Positions 16,400-29,711 of a DNA stretch of 64,000 bases are shown here, one piece after another. The notes under the pieces are model-generated. The model searched no databases. It saw only the letters and a list, made by a program, of their open reading frames with translations, and was not told the origin of the DNA. Location of the stretch: the NCBI GenBank assembly GCA_030141605.1, contig JAQGDQ010000122.1:248001-312000 (forward strand), given 5' to 3'. Numbering within the stretch: position 1 is the first letter of the stretch; every line of letters begins with the position of its first letter. Source of the stretch: Tubiluchus corallicola. Lineage: Eukaryota; Animalia; Priapulida. The position numbers were made by a program, and so were the translations under genes.

Positions 16400-16590
16400 C
16401 CGTTTTGTTACTGCTTCCCATATTTTTATCTGGACATTCCTAGATGCCGGACAGCTGCTTTTAAATCCAGTTTTTTTCCATCGGGCCTCTTTTCTGTGGA
16501 ATTTTAATACCACAACATTTTTCCCTGGAAACTACAATCTTACCTACTTCAAAAACAACTTTAACAGGTATCTCCTATCTCTTGCAAATT
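16400..16590 (+). mobile_element. Possible LINE 3'-end relic interrupted by a short repeat
   Basis: FPGNYNLTYFKNNFNRYLLS resembles the FP..Y.L..FK..VN..L terminus of CR1/Jockey-group ORF2. Confidence 0.35.
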
Positions 16591-19500
16591 AATTAAATCC
16601 CCCCCAAAGCTAATAGATTAATAAAAATGTTACAAAAAGTTGTTTTACTGCAACAAAGCTTTGAATCGACACTAATGCTTTCTTATGTATACTACAAAAT
16701 AAAGTCTTACTCATTACAATATTAAACAAACGATGTGTATTTTATGGCAGAAAAACATTACGGAGAAAAAATCAGTCGAAATCAACCAGAATTGCATGCA
16801 TTTCTGTGATAAACCAAGCAAATCATTCATTACAGTCATTTCAAAATACTTATATTTTAGTCTTTAGCTTGTAGTACATTTTAATAACAAAATCTATTTC
16901 TTTGACTTGCTCAACTTCTACTGTTTCTTTCCCTTTCTTCTTCTTTTTTCTTCTGTTCTGTTCTGCACATTAATCATTCTGTACAGGGAATAGGTTCTAT
17001 ACTAATACCTTCTAAACTCTTCCGATTGGTTTAATAACTAACTTGTAATTTAGTAATAGTAGTGCAAAAGCACAAACTACAAAGTAATTATTTACATTTA
17101 GCAGTATTTAACAGTGCACTAAAAGTATTTAACTTTTTTTGATCACAATAACAATACAGTATTAACACATGTGAAGCTTTGCGCAAAGAAAGAAAAGTGG
17201 CAATAATAATGCTGACAGAACTCACCTTAGTACTGATATGTTTTGGCGCTCACTGCCCACCACTTTGCCAGCTTCCATAATAACGAGTAAGTTGACCACT
17301 CAGAGTTCCTCACATATTTCCATCAGAAACTGTTACCAAGAAAAAATTAAACATTTGATAAAACACATATAGCGTAACGAATTTAAAGCGGTACAGCACA
17401 TCAAACATTTTTACGCTTCTATATGTGGAAGTAGGTTTGTGAATTGCCAAAGTTATTAATTTTTCAAGTTTTTTTTACATTAGCAGCTGAGTTCTAAGCA
17501 AACTAGGTTGGCAACTACAAACTTTTAATTATACGAAAAGAACGGGTTAGTAATGTATCAAGCAATGGTACTGGTCCTACCTCAGCAAAAATGTACAAGT
17601 TATGGAAGACGAAAAAGCCTAACAAATAATGTCTAACGGGAATCTTTCAATGGTCTGACATTCAATTCTCTTGTCCGATGTTATAATGCTGCAATCACGG
17701 ATAGCCAAAGGGATATCCTAAATCCTTGTGGTTACAAAAATATCTCAATTCCTAGGAATGATGTAAAGCCGGTAAATATAAATTGGTTCCGCGTAAAATA
17801 TGTGACCATAGTCAGTTACTCATGAAACTCACGTGTAAACTCATGCGACCTTAATCCTTCTTCCTGTCATAACAACACTATGAGCTGCTGCCACATATGT
17901 ACAGTGACAGGAACCAGGTCAGCAGTTAGTAAGTCTCGCATGTATTGTCAACTTAGTCGGATCTGATTTGGGACAACATTGCAATCTCTAACCCTTCAAA
18001 TGCTTGTTACTACATTAGGCCACTTTTGTCCCTATGTAACTTCAACAGAAGACGTTCTCTGGACTTTGCTCCAATAGTTTCTACATACCGACAGTTTGGT
18101 CATAGTATATAAGCTTCATTACTGATTCTCGTATTTACCATGGTCATTAGCAGATGTAGAACAGCTGGTTATAAACCTGACTTTTTTTCTTTGCACTTCT
18201 TAACTAAGAAATTCCTTACATGAACCCCCTTTCCAGTTAACTGCAACATCACCTGCCTTTATGAAGTTAAAACCTCCCTGGTGAATTAATTATGAGTATT
18301 CTCTATTTCACAGGACAAGGATGGAGGGTTTGGGGTTTTCCTCGTCACAAATATGAACATAACTTCTGCCATTTACAAGCTGTTCAGCATAACTCATAAA
18401 TATTTCAAGGACAACATTTCACTTCCTCAAGCACAACATGTGTCACAATACTGAAGGTCTTGTTTGAAATTTTTGTGAAAAGGGAAAGAATTTGTGGAGC
18501 ATGGTTTCATGCAACGAATAGATTACAAATGCAGCAAGAAAAGGCTCTGATTTCTTAATTCATATGTAACTTTTTATTGCTTTACAAGAATGTTGCAATT
18601 TTTTATTATACAGAGTGCACAAGTTTGGCTTTTCATTATCCTCGTGATGTTCAAAATATGAAATTTTAGCCAGCAGCAGCATTGCAACATCCGAGATGCT
18701 TGAACATCCACTTTAACGCATTTTACTTTCTCAGCAAATCTCTAAAATAAATGTAAAAGTATTTATGATTCAAAAAGACGAATTAACCTTTTTGAGTATT
18801 CACCAAAAAAAAGAATTGTAAGTTAGAACGATAAAAAAGAGTATGTTAGTTGATCTGCACACAGCTTGGTAAAATGTGTCAGTACACATACTAAAAGGCA
18901 TTAAAAAATTCAAATTACACAGGTTAAAGAAATTAAAATTTTAAAAACAAATGTTTAGAACTTCTTTTGCCACAGTGTGCATCAGAAAATGTTACCAAAA
19001 GCTAAAGCAATTTTTTAACAATAAATTAAATTGAATAATCATGATAAAATAAATCAATAATTTAATTTGAATGAAAGAATGCTGAATTGAATTGAATAAA
19101 AGGCATGCCTTAATCACAGGGGACTGTGTGGTCTGGTAGTTACAGCGTAATCCAAGGGTCTTGGCCCAAATCTGCTAATCTAAGCTCACTGCAGAAGCTG
19201 TTTTTACAATTTTCTTATTAATTTCTCGCCTAGTTAGTTCCATTACTATTAACGTGCAAATTATCAAATATAGACTGCAAATAATTAAATGGTACCTTAT
19301 ATCCGCACAAAAAGCGTATTAAATTAACTTTTTCTATGTGAGTACTGATGCAGAGCTCCAGCAAAAAGTCTACATTTGAACTTGATTTGGTACTGTCAGC
19401 AAAAGTTTTTTAATCCTCTGCTGGAAACTCTGATTTACACCTTATCATCAACAATTATAGTGCACAATAGAGTAAACGTGTAGAAGCACTTTATATTACA

Positions 19501-21360
19501 CTTACGTTAAATTCAATTAGAAAATCAACAAATCGGTCACAGGAAAAACGACGAAAACCTGCCACTTTCCTCAGCTGTGATCTGAACTCGACTTGAATTT
19601 TGACTTGTGGTGCTATCTAGTGACTGTGTACAGAATGACTTCGCCCAATGGGTCTATTTTATATCTATGATCTGCTTCACAAATTGGATATCCATGGCAA
19701 AAAATTACATAATTTTACGCCAAATAAAATATAGCAATTCATTTATTATTATCTTTTAAACTTTTAAACACTGTGCATAATTTGCTTATATAATAACAGT
19801 AATAACACCAATCATGCAAGACTATAATGTAATTTTGCCAGGTAAAACAAATCTTAGACAGAAAATTTGTTTATAATTATTTACAGAACTGCCTTAGGAA
19901 GTGATTCAATTTAAATAAGATTATAATGCACAAAAAACAGGATTCCAGGAAAATTCAAGTATATGCTGCATATCTAGAGGACACTGAACTATGCAGACTA
20001 CCGTGACAATTATGATTTGTCTAGCAAGCACAAAATATAAATTAACTAAATGTATATATATATATATATATATATATGATAAAAGCAAAAATGAAGCGGA
20101 CATAATTTTGTACTCACTGAGTACAAAAATTGATATAGTTTTTGAATATTTTATGATTCCAACCTAAAATTATAGTTTCAAATAATCCTGCATTTCAAAT
20201 ACATTTTTTTCTCATTAAAACATTTGACAAAATCAGCACAATTTAGCATAACCGGTGTTCAATTTTTAAACAGTAGTGTTTTTATTGGCGACCAAAGTAA
20301 TACGTACAAGACCACTTTTTATTAGTGATTTGAAAATGTATTCGAGAATCTCTAAAACTGAATTCGAATTCAATGCAAATTGAAAATGTTGAAAGTCGAT
20401 TTGATTCAAATTCGAAAGTTAAAGATTTGATTCGATTCAATTTCACTTTCTGGTAGCGAATGCTCACACCCTAATGTAGATAGATCTGGTACAAGTAATC
20501 ATTTGTACAAGAAGCTGAATAATACACATCTGTTACAATTGAATCAATTAACATTCATTTCACATTACAATATTAAAGTAATGTTACGGTCAAAATTAAT
20601 TTAATGTACACATTACATATCAATGCATAAACAAGTGTCAATAAAGTCCAAAGCTGTCACACGTCAAAAAGAATATGTTCTGTAAAACTGAAAGGAGAAA
20701 TAAATTCATATAAATTAGCTTCATTAGTTACATATTCTGTTTAACATTCATAATCATGGCAGATGGTGCCATCTAGTAGCGCTTTTGACAAATGACGACT
20801 ATGAAAATTACAAGCAAATCGAGACTGTTGCAACAGGTTTGATGCTTTAGGTTTTAGAAAATTATATCTACTGCATTTGCAAAATGTCATTAAACAGGCC
20901 ATATAGGTTAACAAGTTAAAAAGTTCTCATTCTGCAACTGTATATTCAAACTGTAAAGCTTTGTTCAAACCCAAGCTGTAAGTGAACATTCAGGCAGTAG
21001 CACAGATGCAAGATACAAAAGACACTAGAACAGAAGAGGAGACTCAAGATCCCCCAATATGTCTCGCTGATGTCTGCAAAGCTTGACTTTTTTCAGGACT
21101 ACCAGTTAATGACATGTTCTTGGGTCACCTTGGCCTCAACTCTGTCTTTTAGGAAAGCTCAAATGTGTTTGGTGGCCCTGTGGTAACGAATTTCTAAGTC
21201 ACTCAGGTTGAACAAAAAACCCCAGCCCCGAATTTTCGCTTCGCTGCTTTGTTTACACTCCTGAAGATCACCCAGCAGTGCCAGATGCACGCAGGTTCCC
21301 AATTAAATACTGATGACATGATAGATTCTATACTATTTTGCTTGGCTGTAAAACATGGCT

Positions 21361-21478
21361 CTACTTTTCCTCATTGTTTTTGAACATTCAGTAAAACTCT
21401 AACAAAAGGTTGTGTACCACTCTACTTTTCATCATTGTTTATGAACATTCAGTAACACTCTAACAAAAGGCTGTGTAT
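21361..21478. repeat. 61-bp tandem duplication
   Basis: ctacttttc.tcattgttt.tgaacattcagtaa.actctaacaaaagg.tgtgta at 21361 and 21422. Confidence 0.9.
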
Positions 21479-22144
21479 AACCTTTATAAAAATATTCCCC
21501 AACAATGAAAGTCAAACAGCATGATCTTCCCTGCAATTATAACAATACCAAAAACGGTAAAGCAGAAATCAAGACCAGAAGTTGAGCGTTCCTAGGAAGT
21601 TTCACAAAAAGTGATGTCTAGTCAGCATTTAGTTACTGCTGACCAGTAAAACAATTAAAAAATACAAAAACCAATGTTAGAGGTGATGAAACATTACAGC
21701 AGACAAAAGCATTACCTTGCCACTACTTAACACCAGGTTAGTTTCAAAAAAATGACTTACTAATGCGACATCTGCATAATCGCCATCCTGGTGCAAACAC
21801 AAGAATCAACGCTAATGCCTACCGGCAAAGTGTTGTGTCACCATGACAATCCATCATGAAAACACGATTACACCAAAACGATACTTGCATAATGGCCCCA
21901 GGAAGCAGAGCACTGCTGACTAACGACTTAACTATTAATAAAAACGTTTCTTACTATAGTATTTATCTATTTGTAGTAAATAAACTTATAAGAATTAGCT
22001 TTCATTTTACAAGTCTGCAAGGAACAGCAAATTTATAGTAACAAATACAGTATGCAGAGCACTATGACGTTACTGTACCATTATTTAAACTGTGTGTAGG
22101 CTGTAAGAACAATAAGCGTGCCGAGTACTCGCGCGAATTAAATC

Positions 22145-22537
22145 CAGGGCCTATTTCAGGGGGTGGAAGTGGGGATACTTCCCCGGGGCCTCACCCTCCA
22201 GGGGAGCCTCGCGCCAAGGTAACATTTTTTTGCTTTATGCGAACATACCGCCTCCTTTCTCCCTCTCTCTCTCTTGCCGCACGCGCGCCATTTGCCAGTA
22301 TTGACAAGTATTGAGGACTGGTCTTGAGAATAAAGCAGTTTTTCTTTCAATTGTTCTTTCCTTTAACAACTGTATAACTCCTTGTTTTCTCTTCGAAAAT
22401 GCTTCTCCGGCGTTCTAGCAGTTCAAAAATTTTCTGGGCGCCAACCATGGTTTCGTCGCCCAACACCCCCCCCCCCCCCCGAGGGGGCCTCACACGCCAC
22501 ACTTCCCCGGGCCTCGCTTAGGCTGAAATAGGCTCTG
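22145..22537. mobile_element. Non-autonomous hAT-type element (393 bp)
   Basis: 15-bp terminal inverted repeats cagggcctatttcag / ctgaaataggctctg (14/15 match); perfect 8-bp target-site duplication attaaatc at 22137-22144 and 22538-22545; internal cttccccgg(g)gcctc repeats. Confidence 0.92.
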
Positions 22538-23594
22538 ATTAAATCAAGCTGCTAGTTCTAAAAATTAGGGCAATTACACGTAGAATAAAGGTGCTCGATT
22601 GCATGTCGATCAGCAGTCAAACTGTAGACTATGAGATACTTTTTACTTAAATATTTGAAGCTTTTTCTCTGAAACCTCATTTGCAAATTCGAAAAAATGC
22701 CACAAAGGTTTTCCTAACTGTCTAAAAATGAGCGCTCTTTTAATGAGTTAAGAATGTTGTCTGAAAGGCATCTCTTCTTGGCTTCCCGTTTTGGTATACC
22801 CAGTCTGCACAGGTTCAAAACGTCGGTAAAGCCAAGGGAACAAAATCTGTCAAAATTGCTTTATTGTCTAGTTCTTTTTCTTTGGTCGTATCTAAGAATC
22901 CGCTGTTATTTTTACAATTTTATCAGCTGAAAAACCTATAAACCGTCATTGTTTGTCAAAAGCATTATCTAAACGGAACAATGGGAAAAAATAACTTGAC
23001 AATCATGAATGTGACATTTATACAGCAGAAGTGATCAGGAGATGAACAAGAAAGCAGCGCAGCGCGAAATACCAGTGATATCACGGTAAAACATTTACAC
23101 GTTGTATTTCGTTATTAATATTTTTCATCTATAAAATATAGTGCATTCAAGTAAGTGTAGAACAAGTTATATATACGTGTGAACTTGAGCTTAACATTAA
23201 AAAATGCTTCAGCGAGTACCCCCGTTTCTCCATTACCGGCGTACCGCTTGACTTGCCCACATGTAAATACAGTGAGCAAGTCCTAACACGGGACGTCACT
23301 TCCGCTTTCCTTCCCGATTTTTCGTTTTTCGCCAGATGTCTATGCGGTGCTAAATTTGAAGTGTTTCAATGCTAACCAAAGCGAAACGCACAATTTTATA
23401 TAAAAAAAACCGTTTTTTTGTATCAGGCTACGCAATAGTGAATTTTGACAGCAAGTGTCTACCAGGGTGTGAATGGACCTTTAACTAACACTCACTGAAC
23501 GAAGTGCTGCTCTATGTTCAACGTATTGAACGAAAATGCACATTTCTACTCATAGTTCATAACGCTTTCATTTTAATCGCTCTCATAATTTTCA

Positions 23595-23935
23595 GTACAT
23601 AATATGGACTCGTGAATTTTTATCAGTCATTTCCCTCGTTTCGGCATAAAATCCATGAAATTTTGACAGTTTGCGGTAATTCGAGGGTGCGTGGTACCAC
23701 TTTTGGATAATGGCCTCTATCAACTTCTCCATAAAAGCTGTCTCAGTCGTAACTTGACAATCAACCTTGAGCTTTCAATTGGGGTTAAATCCTAAGGTCT
23801 GTCCAGGACTTTAAAGTTCTTGTTTTTTCGAAAAATTCTTGACGACTTTTGTGATGGAGCATCAGGGAACCTCTTTCGCATTTCTGGTATCACCGTTTCC
23901 GTCAGATCTACTGCTCCGATCACATCATATCAGTA
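23595..23935 (-). mobile_element. Tc1/mariner transposase relic (C-terminal part, with stops and frameshifts)
   Basis: Minus-strand translation ..FKVLDRP*DLTPIESSRLIVKLRLRQL..MEKLIEAIIQKWYH..CQNFMDFMPKR.. matches the Tc1 pattern WP..SPDLNPIEN.W...K..L...W......L..SMP.R. Confidence 0.75.
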
Positions 23936-26517
23936 ACAATATTTACAATGTATAAATTAGGCTAGTTCATGTTAGAAATACTGTTTATGGGATTTGGGAT
24001 TTATACGTCCCATTTAATGGCTGAAAAATACCATAAGAGGTGGGGAAAGAAAAATCTGTCAGTGGTTCAATTAATGTGCATAGGCTATATACTATTATTA
24101 ATCGTTTGAAAGCTTATCGAATTTTAATAAAACTATCACTGTCAGATTCAGCTTTCGGACTATATTTCAACAGCATTAAGTTCGTTAAAACTCAATCAAA
24201 GTAACCAAAAGTAAAGTTGATTTTTTCGCTCGTCTTATTTCACAGGATTTACCAGGAGGGCAAATTTACCTACAATGATTACTATAGCAACCGGAAGCAT
24301 AATAACGCAAAAGTTGGGAGTGACGCTACGAACGCTACCGGGGTTCTATGACGTTCACCCTGCGACATTCAATAAGTTTTCGTGCGCGAGGTGAGCAGAA
24401 AACAGTTATTTTTTTATTTAGAGAAAAAAACATATAATGTTACCAAGGCGAGTCAACATCATCCACCTGCCTATACTCCTCCAAAATTTAAATACACGAA
24501 TGTGAGACCTCAAAATGGAGTTGAGCCAACACGTTCTAAGAACGAAGTAAGCTAAATTTTAATATCTTTAATGTGTGTGCAGTTACCTGAAAAATTTCAG
24601 CTCATGCAGTGTTTAGGTTAGTAATCAGAAAAATTATCGCCATCATATGGCTATTACGTCTATTGTAGACGTACGATAGAAAAAAGCCTGCCCTCAAGAT
24701 AGGTAAACACAGTAGAAATGCAGCAGAAATCTGTAGTATCGTCACTGTATAATGTCACATGACCATTACGTAGTTAGTAAAAAGCATGTCAGCAAGCAAC
24801 CTAGTGTTCTGAGTCTTATGTGCTTAGTTTAGATATTATAAAATCTAAATATTGTTATGTCAGTGGCAGAAAGGACAAGTAAAGAGAGTTCATAAATAAA
24901 AGTTTGAATTCGTCTTGAAATTTTGTATCAGTCACATGCTGTTTTACTGTTTTACATTCAAAACGTGTACTAACTTTCAAAAAAGTAATCGGAGCAGTCG
25001 TAGGGCACACTTCTTCAACTAAGCATATCCATAAAATATTTTGTCTTATCAGCAAAATTAACAATATGTTTTTGGTGAGCCAGTTGTAATGCACAGTTTC
25101 GCTATTGCACTAGGATAGTGAAACAGTGACGTTTCACCAGTTGGCGCGAACATTTCAAATTAATGATTTGCTTTTTCAGTTACATTTTGTCTTTTTAACA
25201 GGTGAACGTAATGCGAAGTACTATAACTCTGAATGGAAATCTTTTCGGGACGTACTTTAAATTTCCATTTTCTTGCCTTTTCATTATTCAGTGGTCTTTT
25301 CGTGCTAGAAAGTCAATGTAAAGCCCGTTGTCTATCTGGACTACTGATTTTAAACATGTTTTTCACAATTCAATTCAATTTCAATTTATTTATCTCTATA
25401 GTGTCACAATAAAACATGAATAATAAAAGAATCTCTAATAAGTTTTGAAAAATGGTTAAAATGTATAGATAGATATAGAACTAGAGAAAGGATAGCGAAA
25501 AGACTTTAAAGTCAACTAGTCTGCTATCCTTTACGGAATATAGATAAAAAGATTTTTTAGACATTGGTGGGCATTAATGTTATCATTTTAATTTAGGACA
25601 CATTAGTAATTTTTAAAATTATGACATTTTCTATATAATCCAGAGAAAAGAATATACATGTAGTTTAATTAGCGGGCAACAAAATAAGGTCAATCTTGAT
25701 TAAACTAAAAATTGCATTTAGATTTAGTCAAAATTGTTATGAAATGATTAAAACACTTTGGGTTAATAATGCTATTAATCAAAAACAGGAGTTAAATACA
25801 TTTTGATTTGAGTTCAACTTCATTATTTCTAGGCTTATTGATTAAGAACAAATCTACTGACTAGGACAATAATACTAAATAATATAATTCTCAATATACT
25901 GATAAGACAAACATTTAGCTATACAGGTTTTTTAGTAATTTTATAAAGGAGAGGTAAGACTTGTGCAATCTGTGAACAACACCTAAATCTTTACTCATAA
26001 AATAGTTTAGGATTTCACGTTTTGTGATGTGTGTTGTGTAAGCGCTGCTAACTTTTATTGTATTATATTTGTAATTTTTTTATTGTTTCATATCTAATTT
26101 TCAATTATTTAATGTCACGACACTATACTTTTGTATTGCACCTTGTAGAATTTAAATAGTCCTTGACGACCGAATAAATAAATAAATAAATATAAGTAAA
26201 TACATAATTAAATGTATAAATAATTTATGCTAATGCGAGCTCTCAGGGTTCTTATTGGTCCTCTGTGCCTGGCAGGTTTCTATGACGTAAGGTCGCATAA
26301 CTACGTCATTATTTAGGTTAAAAGCGAAGCAGCTGATAAACCGTTTTCGCTACAAATCTTGAAAATGATGTTGAGAATTACGCATAGAGACACCTGCAGT
26401 GTCTATACAACCTGCTACAAGTACCAGATAATAAAACCAATCCGCATTTCTCACTGAAGGAAATTACAGATGCCTTTATTTCTGCCAAACATATTTATTA
26501 TATTTCACACCTGATAG

Positions 26518-26675
26518 GATTCAAACTCAATGTTCACCCTATTTTGCAGTGTGACAATCGCCGGCCTACTGGGCTTCTGCCAAACTTTCCACCAATTCAA
26601 AAGCCAAGAGAACCGGTTCAGCCACCACTATACGGTGGCAGACCATTCTATCACTCTGATCAGGCATTTGAAAAA
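26518..26675 (+). CDS. Putative internal exon of an unidentified gene (copy 1 of a tandem exon pair)
   Basis: Open frame FKLNVHPILQCDNRRPTGLLPNFPPIQKPREPVQPPLYGGRPFYHSDQAFEK ending at a perfect gtaagt donor; synonymous differences versus copy 2 indicate coding constraint; 5' boundary uncertain. Confidence 0.55.
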
Positions 26676-26827
26676 GTAAGTATGCTTACTAGCCATAATT
26701 AACTAACTATCGTTTTGCAAATGTTCGCAGTTAATAATCCGTTTTGCATTAGAATTAAAGTACAATTTGTATTTTAGTGTTAAGCATGTTAGACTCATAT
26801 ATGTACTTGCTTCCGGACACCTGATAG

Positions 26828-26985
26828 CATTCAAACTCAATGTTCACCCTATTTTGGAGTATGACAATCGCAGGTCTACTGGGCTTTTGCCAAACTTCCC
26901 AATGAGGAAAAGACCGAGGGAGGCCCTCCTACCCCCCGTGTATGGTGGGAGAACGTTTTACAGCTGTAACCAGGTTGTTGAACGA
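26828..26985 (+). CDS. Putative internal exon, copy 2 of the tandem exon pair
   Basis: FKLNVHPILEYDNRRSTGLLPNFPMRKRPREALLPPVYGGRTFYSCNQVVER followed by gtaagt; same 158-bp length as copy 1; 310-bp period. Confidence 0.55.
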
Positions 26986-28964
26986 GTAAGTATGCTTACT
27001 CGCCATAATTAACTAACTATCGTTTTGCAAGTGGTTCACAGTTAATAATCTGTTTTGCATTAGAATTAAAGTACAATTTGTATTTTAGTGTTAAGCATGT
27101 TAGACTCATATTGCTGAAGCTTAGCAAATATACCAGTTTGCAATGTGCTGCCCTAAGTACTTGTTTGTTCCCCATGTGCATCACAGCGAGCTGAGACGGA
27201 AGAAATGTACGTAATTAATCATATAAACCGCATAAAAGCAATACTAGATTAGAAAATCTGAAAAAGTCGTTTGCACCTCCATCGGGTAATTCTTATAACC
27301 ACTACACCTCAGAGGCTGCACCATTATTCTGCCGTGCAAAAATAGAGTAGAGTAGTAACTACAATTTTATCAGAATTGAGATTTTGATGTATTTTTACCA
27401 AACAGATGGCGCTCTTTCTTGCTATTGTAATGAAATTTCATTTTACGCAGTAATTTTAGCACAATAAGTAACGTCCCATGACAGGTTTTGCAAAACCCTA
27501 TTACAGAATTAAAAAGCAGTAATTTCACAGGGGGGTCTGCTCAAAAACAGAATTAGCACTTACTGCTCTCTTTTCCAATTTACGTAATCACACATTTCTT
27601 TACACGCTTTACAGAAATAAAAAACAGTAACTTTCAGCCGAATTTGCAGTTACTGCTTTCTATCTCTGTTTCCTTTAAGCCATAGTTAACTATTACTGGA
27701 TTCATTTTTTATTTCTATGCCTGTCACATCATGACAAATAGAAGAAAATACTTACATTTTAAGTAAAATAAAAAATTAATAAAAGACATTTAAATTTGGT
27801 ACAAATCAGACAGTGTATTTATGTATTTGTAATTATGTATGTTTTTTGTGTATGTTTGTTCAAATATGTTATACATGTGTGTGCAGTTTACAAATGCAAT
27901 ATTCAGATGACAATTGTGACCTCGGCAAAAAAGCTCATAATTATGGTTTTTTTAATTGTGCACAAAGTTGTGGACATTTTTGAACCGTACTTTGTAATGT
28001 TATGCGGAACTCTTCACAAATTTTCATTCTAAATTTTAACTAACACTTTAATTCTACTATGTTTTAGTTCTGTGTAAAACTGAATCGTAATCGGCAATGT
28101 CAAATCTTTTGTTGTTGCTACAGAACTAAAATGTCTTCGTATACATTTGTGCCTCTTCCATTTAGACCTCAAATTTGAATGCAGATACGGCTGTTTAGCT
28201 TTGCAGCAAATTTAGATAGGTCCCATGTTAAGCCAACAGGGTAAAAGGGCATTGTCTGCCGAGGCATTAAGTTGAATCATTTCAATTATATTTACAAAAA
28301 AACAGTTTGGCTTCTTTAAGAGCAGTAAATTACATGTTTATGTTGTGTAGAAAATTTCTTATTCATTGATAAGTGAGCAGTACTGCAAACTTTAATTGCC
28401 TTTTTCTCAAAAGTAAGAATTTGTAATTCGTTTTAATAAATATATTTAGATAAGTGAACACAAACCGTTACACACCATAACTGTACATAAATTACTTGTA
28501 TATGAATCCAAAAGAATTACAACATTTTTTCAGCCAGACTTCATCAGTATAAATATTTTCTTTGACCACGAAAGTTCCAAGTCAGATTTTTCATGTTGAA
28601 TCTGTAGACCAGCATGATTATCGTATGCGTATTCGTCGCAATTGCCTTACAATGTCAATCGCATCTGTCGCTCTTACCACATTCGCTGCAGCCGTCGTCA
28701 CCGCATCCGGATATCCACATACTATGAAAACGTCTTAATATTAACGTACTTTTTGACCTGCAGACTGCAGTGACTGTTGGCGGAGTTAGTTTCGAAGTAG
28801 CGAGATAAAGAATATTTCCAAATAGATAATAAATGATTTGTTTGGTCTAAGGTTTTCAGACATTAGAAACTCCTTGGATTTTGAAAAAATGGCTTAGATT
28901 CACCCATTCCTATAGTTAAATAAGCAATACTGCTAAATTGTACCATCCAAATCGAATCGAAATG

Positions 28965-29341
28965 GTATTATTGGTGTCGAAACACTTAATGTATCCACAT
29001 TATTTAAATATCCGTGTAAAACCACTTAGTGTCCAAATGGCCTATGTGTCCAAAACCCCTAGTGTCTAAACAGTTAAGTCTCTAAGTAACCTTTGTGTTC
29101 AAATCACTTTGTGTACAAAAATCCTATATGTCCAAATATCCTTGTGTCTGAATGTCCGTGTGTCCATATTATCTTGTCTCTAAATGTCTTATGTGTACAA
29201 ATTACCTTGTGTCCAAGTGTCCTGCTTTTCGAAATGTTCTATGTGTCCAAATATCCTGTGTCCAAAATACGTAGTGCCCAAATAACCCATGTGTCGAAAG
29301 TGTTTGTGTTGAAACTGCTTGTGTCCAAAACCCCTGTTACC
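28965..29341. mobile_element. MITE-like element built from degenerate gtgtccaaa repeats
   Basis: Many imperfect (t)gtgtccaaa units; ends in cctgttacc, the reverse complement of the ggtaacagg terminus at 620. Confidence 0.5.
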
Positions 29342-29590
29342 GTAAAAACGCATTTCTGTGCAACGAAAGATGAATATAACTATATTGTCCGAAATTGTAG
29401 TTACAAGCAAAAGTTTCAAGTTCATAAATTTGAAGAGCAAAAGCAGCAAAGTATTCAAATACAATAGACTTGGAAAAACTATTACGTACATTGAATAAGT
29501 TGAATATTCATACCCGTTTAACTGTTTCATGTTATTACGGATATGCCATTTGCTTCAATAATAGTATTATTTCATTAGTAGCACCAACAG

Positions 29591-29711
29591 AGTGAGCAAG
29601 AACGTTACGAAGCTGGAACCCATCGAAGAAAAAAAGAGACTCAGCTCCATATCTCCATCATGGAAGCGCACGCCACCCATTCAACTTTGTGGCAGGAAGC
29701 CCTGGTATTAA
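29591..29711 (+). CDS. Putative terminal coding exon of an unidentified gene
   Basis: After aacag: VSKNVTKLEPIEEKKRLSSISPSWKRTPPIQLCGRKPWY*; GC-richer than its flanks; acceptor is weak. Confidence 0.35.

Noticed and set aside
17560-18720. Coding-like minus-strand stretch, possibly a decayed transposase (GSCHCTYVAAAH)
   Set aside because: Too many stops and no diagnostic motif I can name
21040-21300. Possible RLE-retrotransposon endonuclease relic on the minus strand
   Set aside because: Only vague similarity (IRYHR..HI..FL...V..EH); not supportable
23291-23304. ETS-CRE composite motif ggacgtcacttccg as a promoter
   Set aside because: Lies in a transposon-like segment ending ggaccttTAA next to a Tc1 relic, with no linked gene start
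26380-27130. Alternative genetic code (TAA/TAG = Gln) suggested by in-frame stops
   Set aside because: Long host ORFs (pentraxin B, 37640 ORF) contain no internal TAA/TAG and gene A ends in TAA; decay or wrong exon boundaries are simpler explanations
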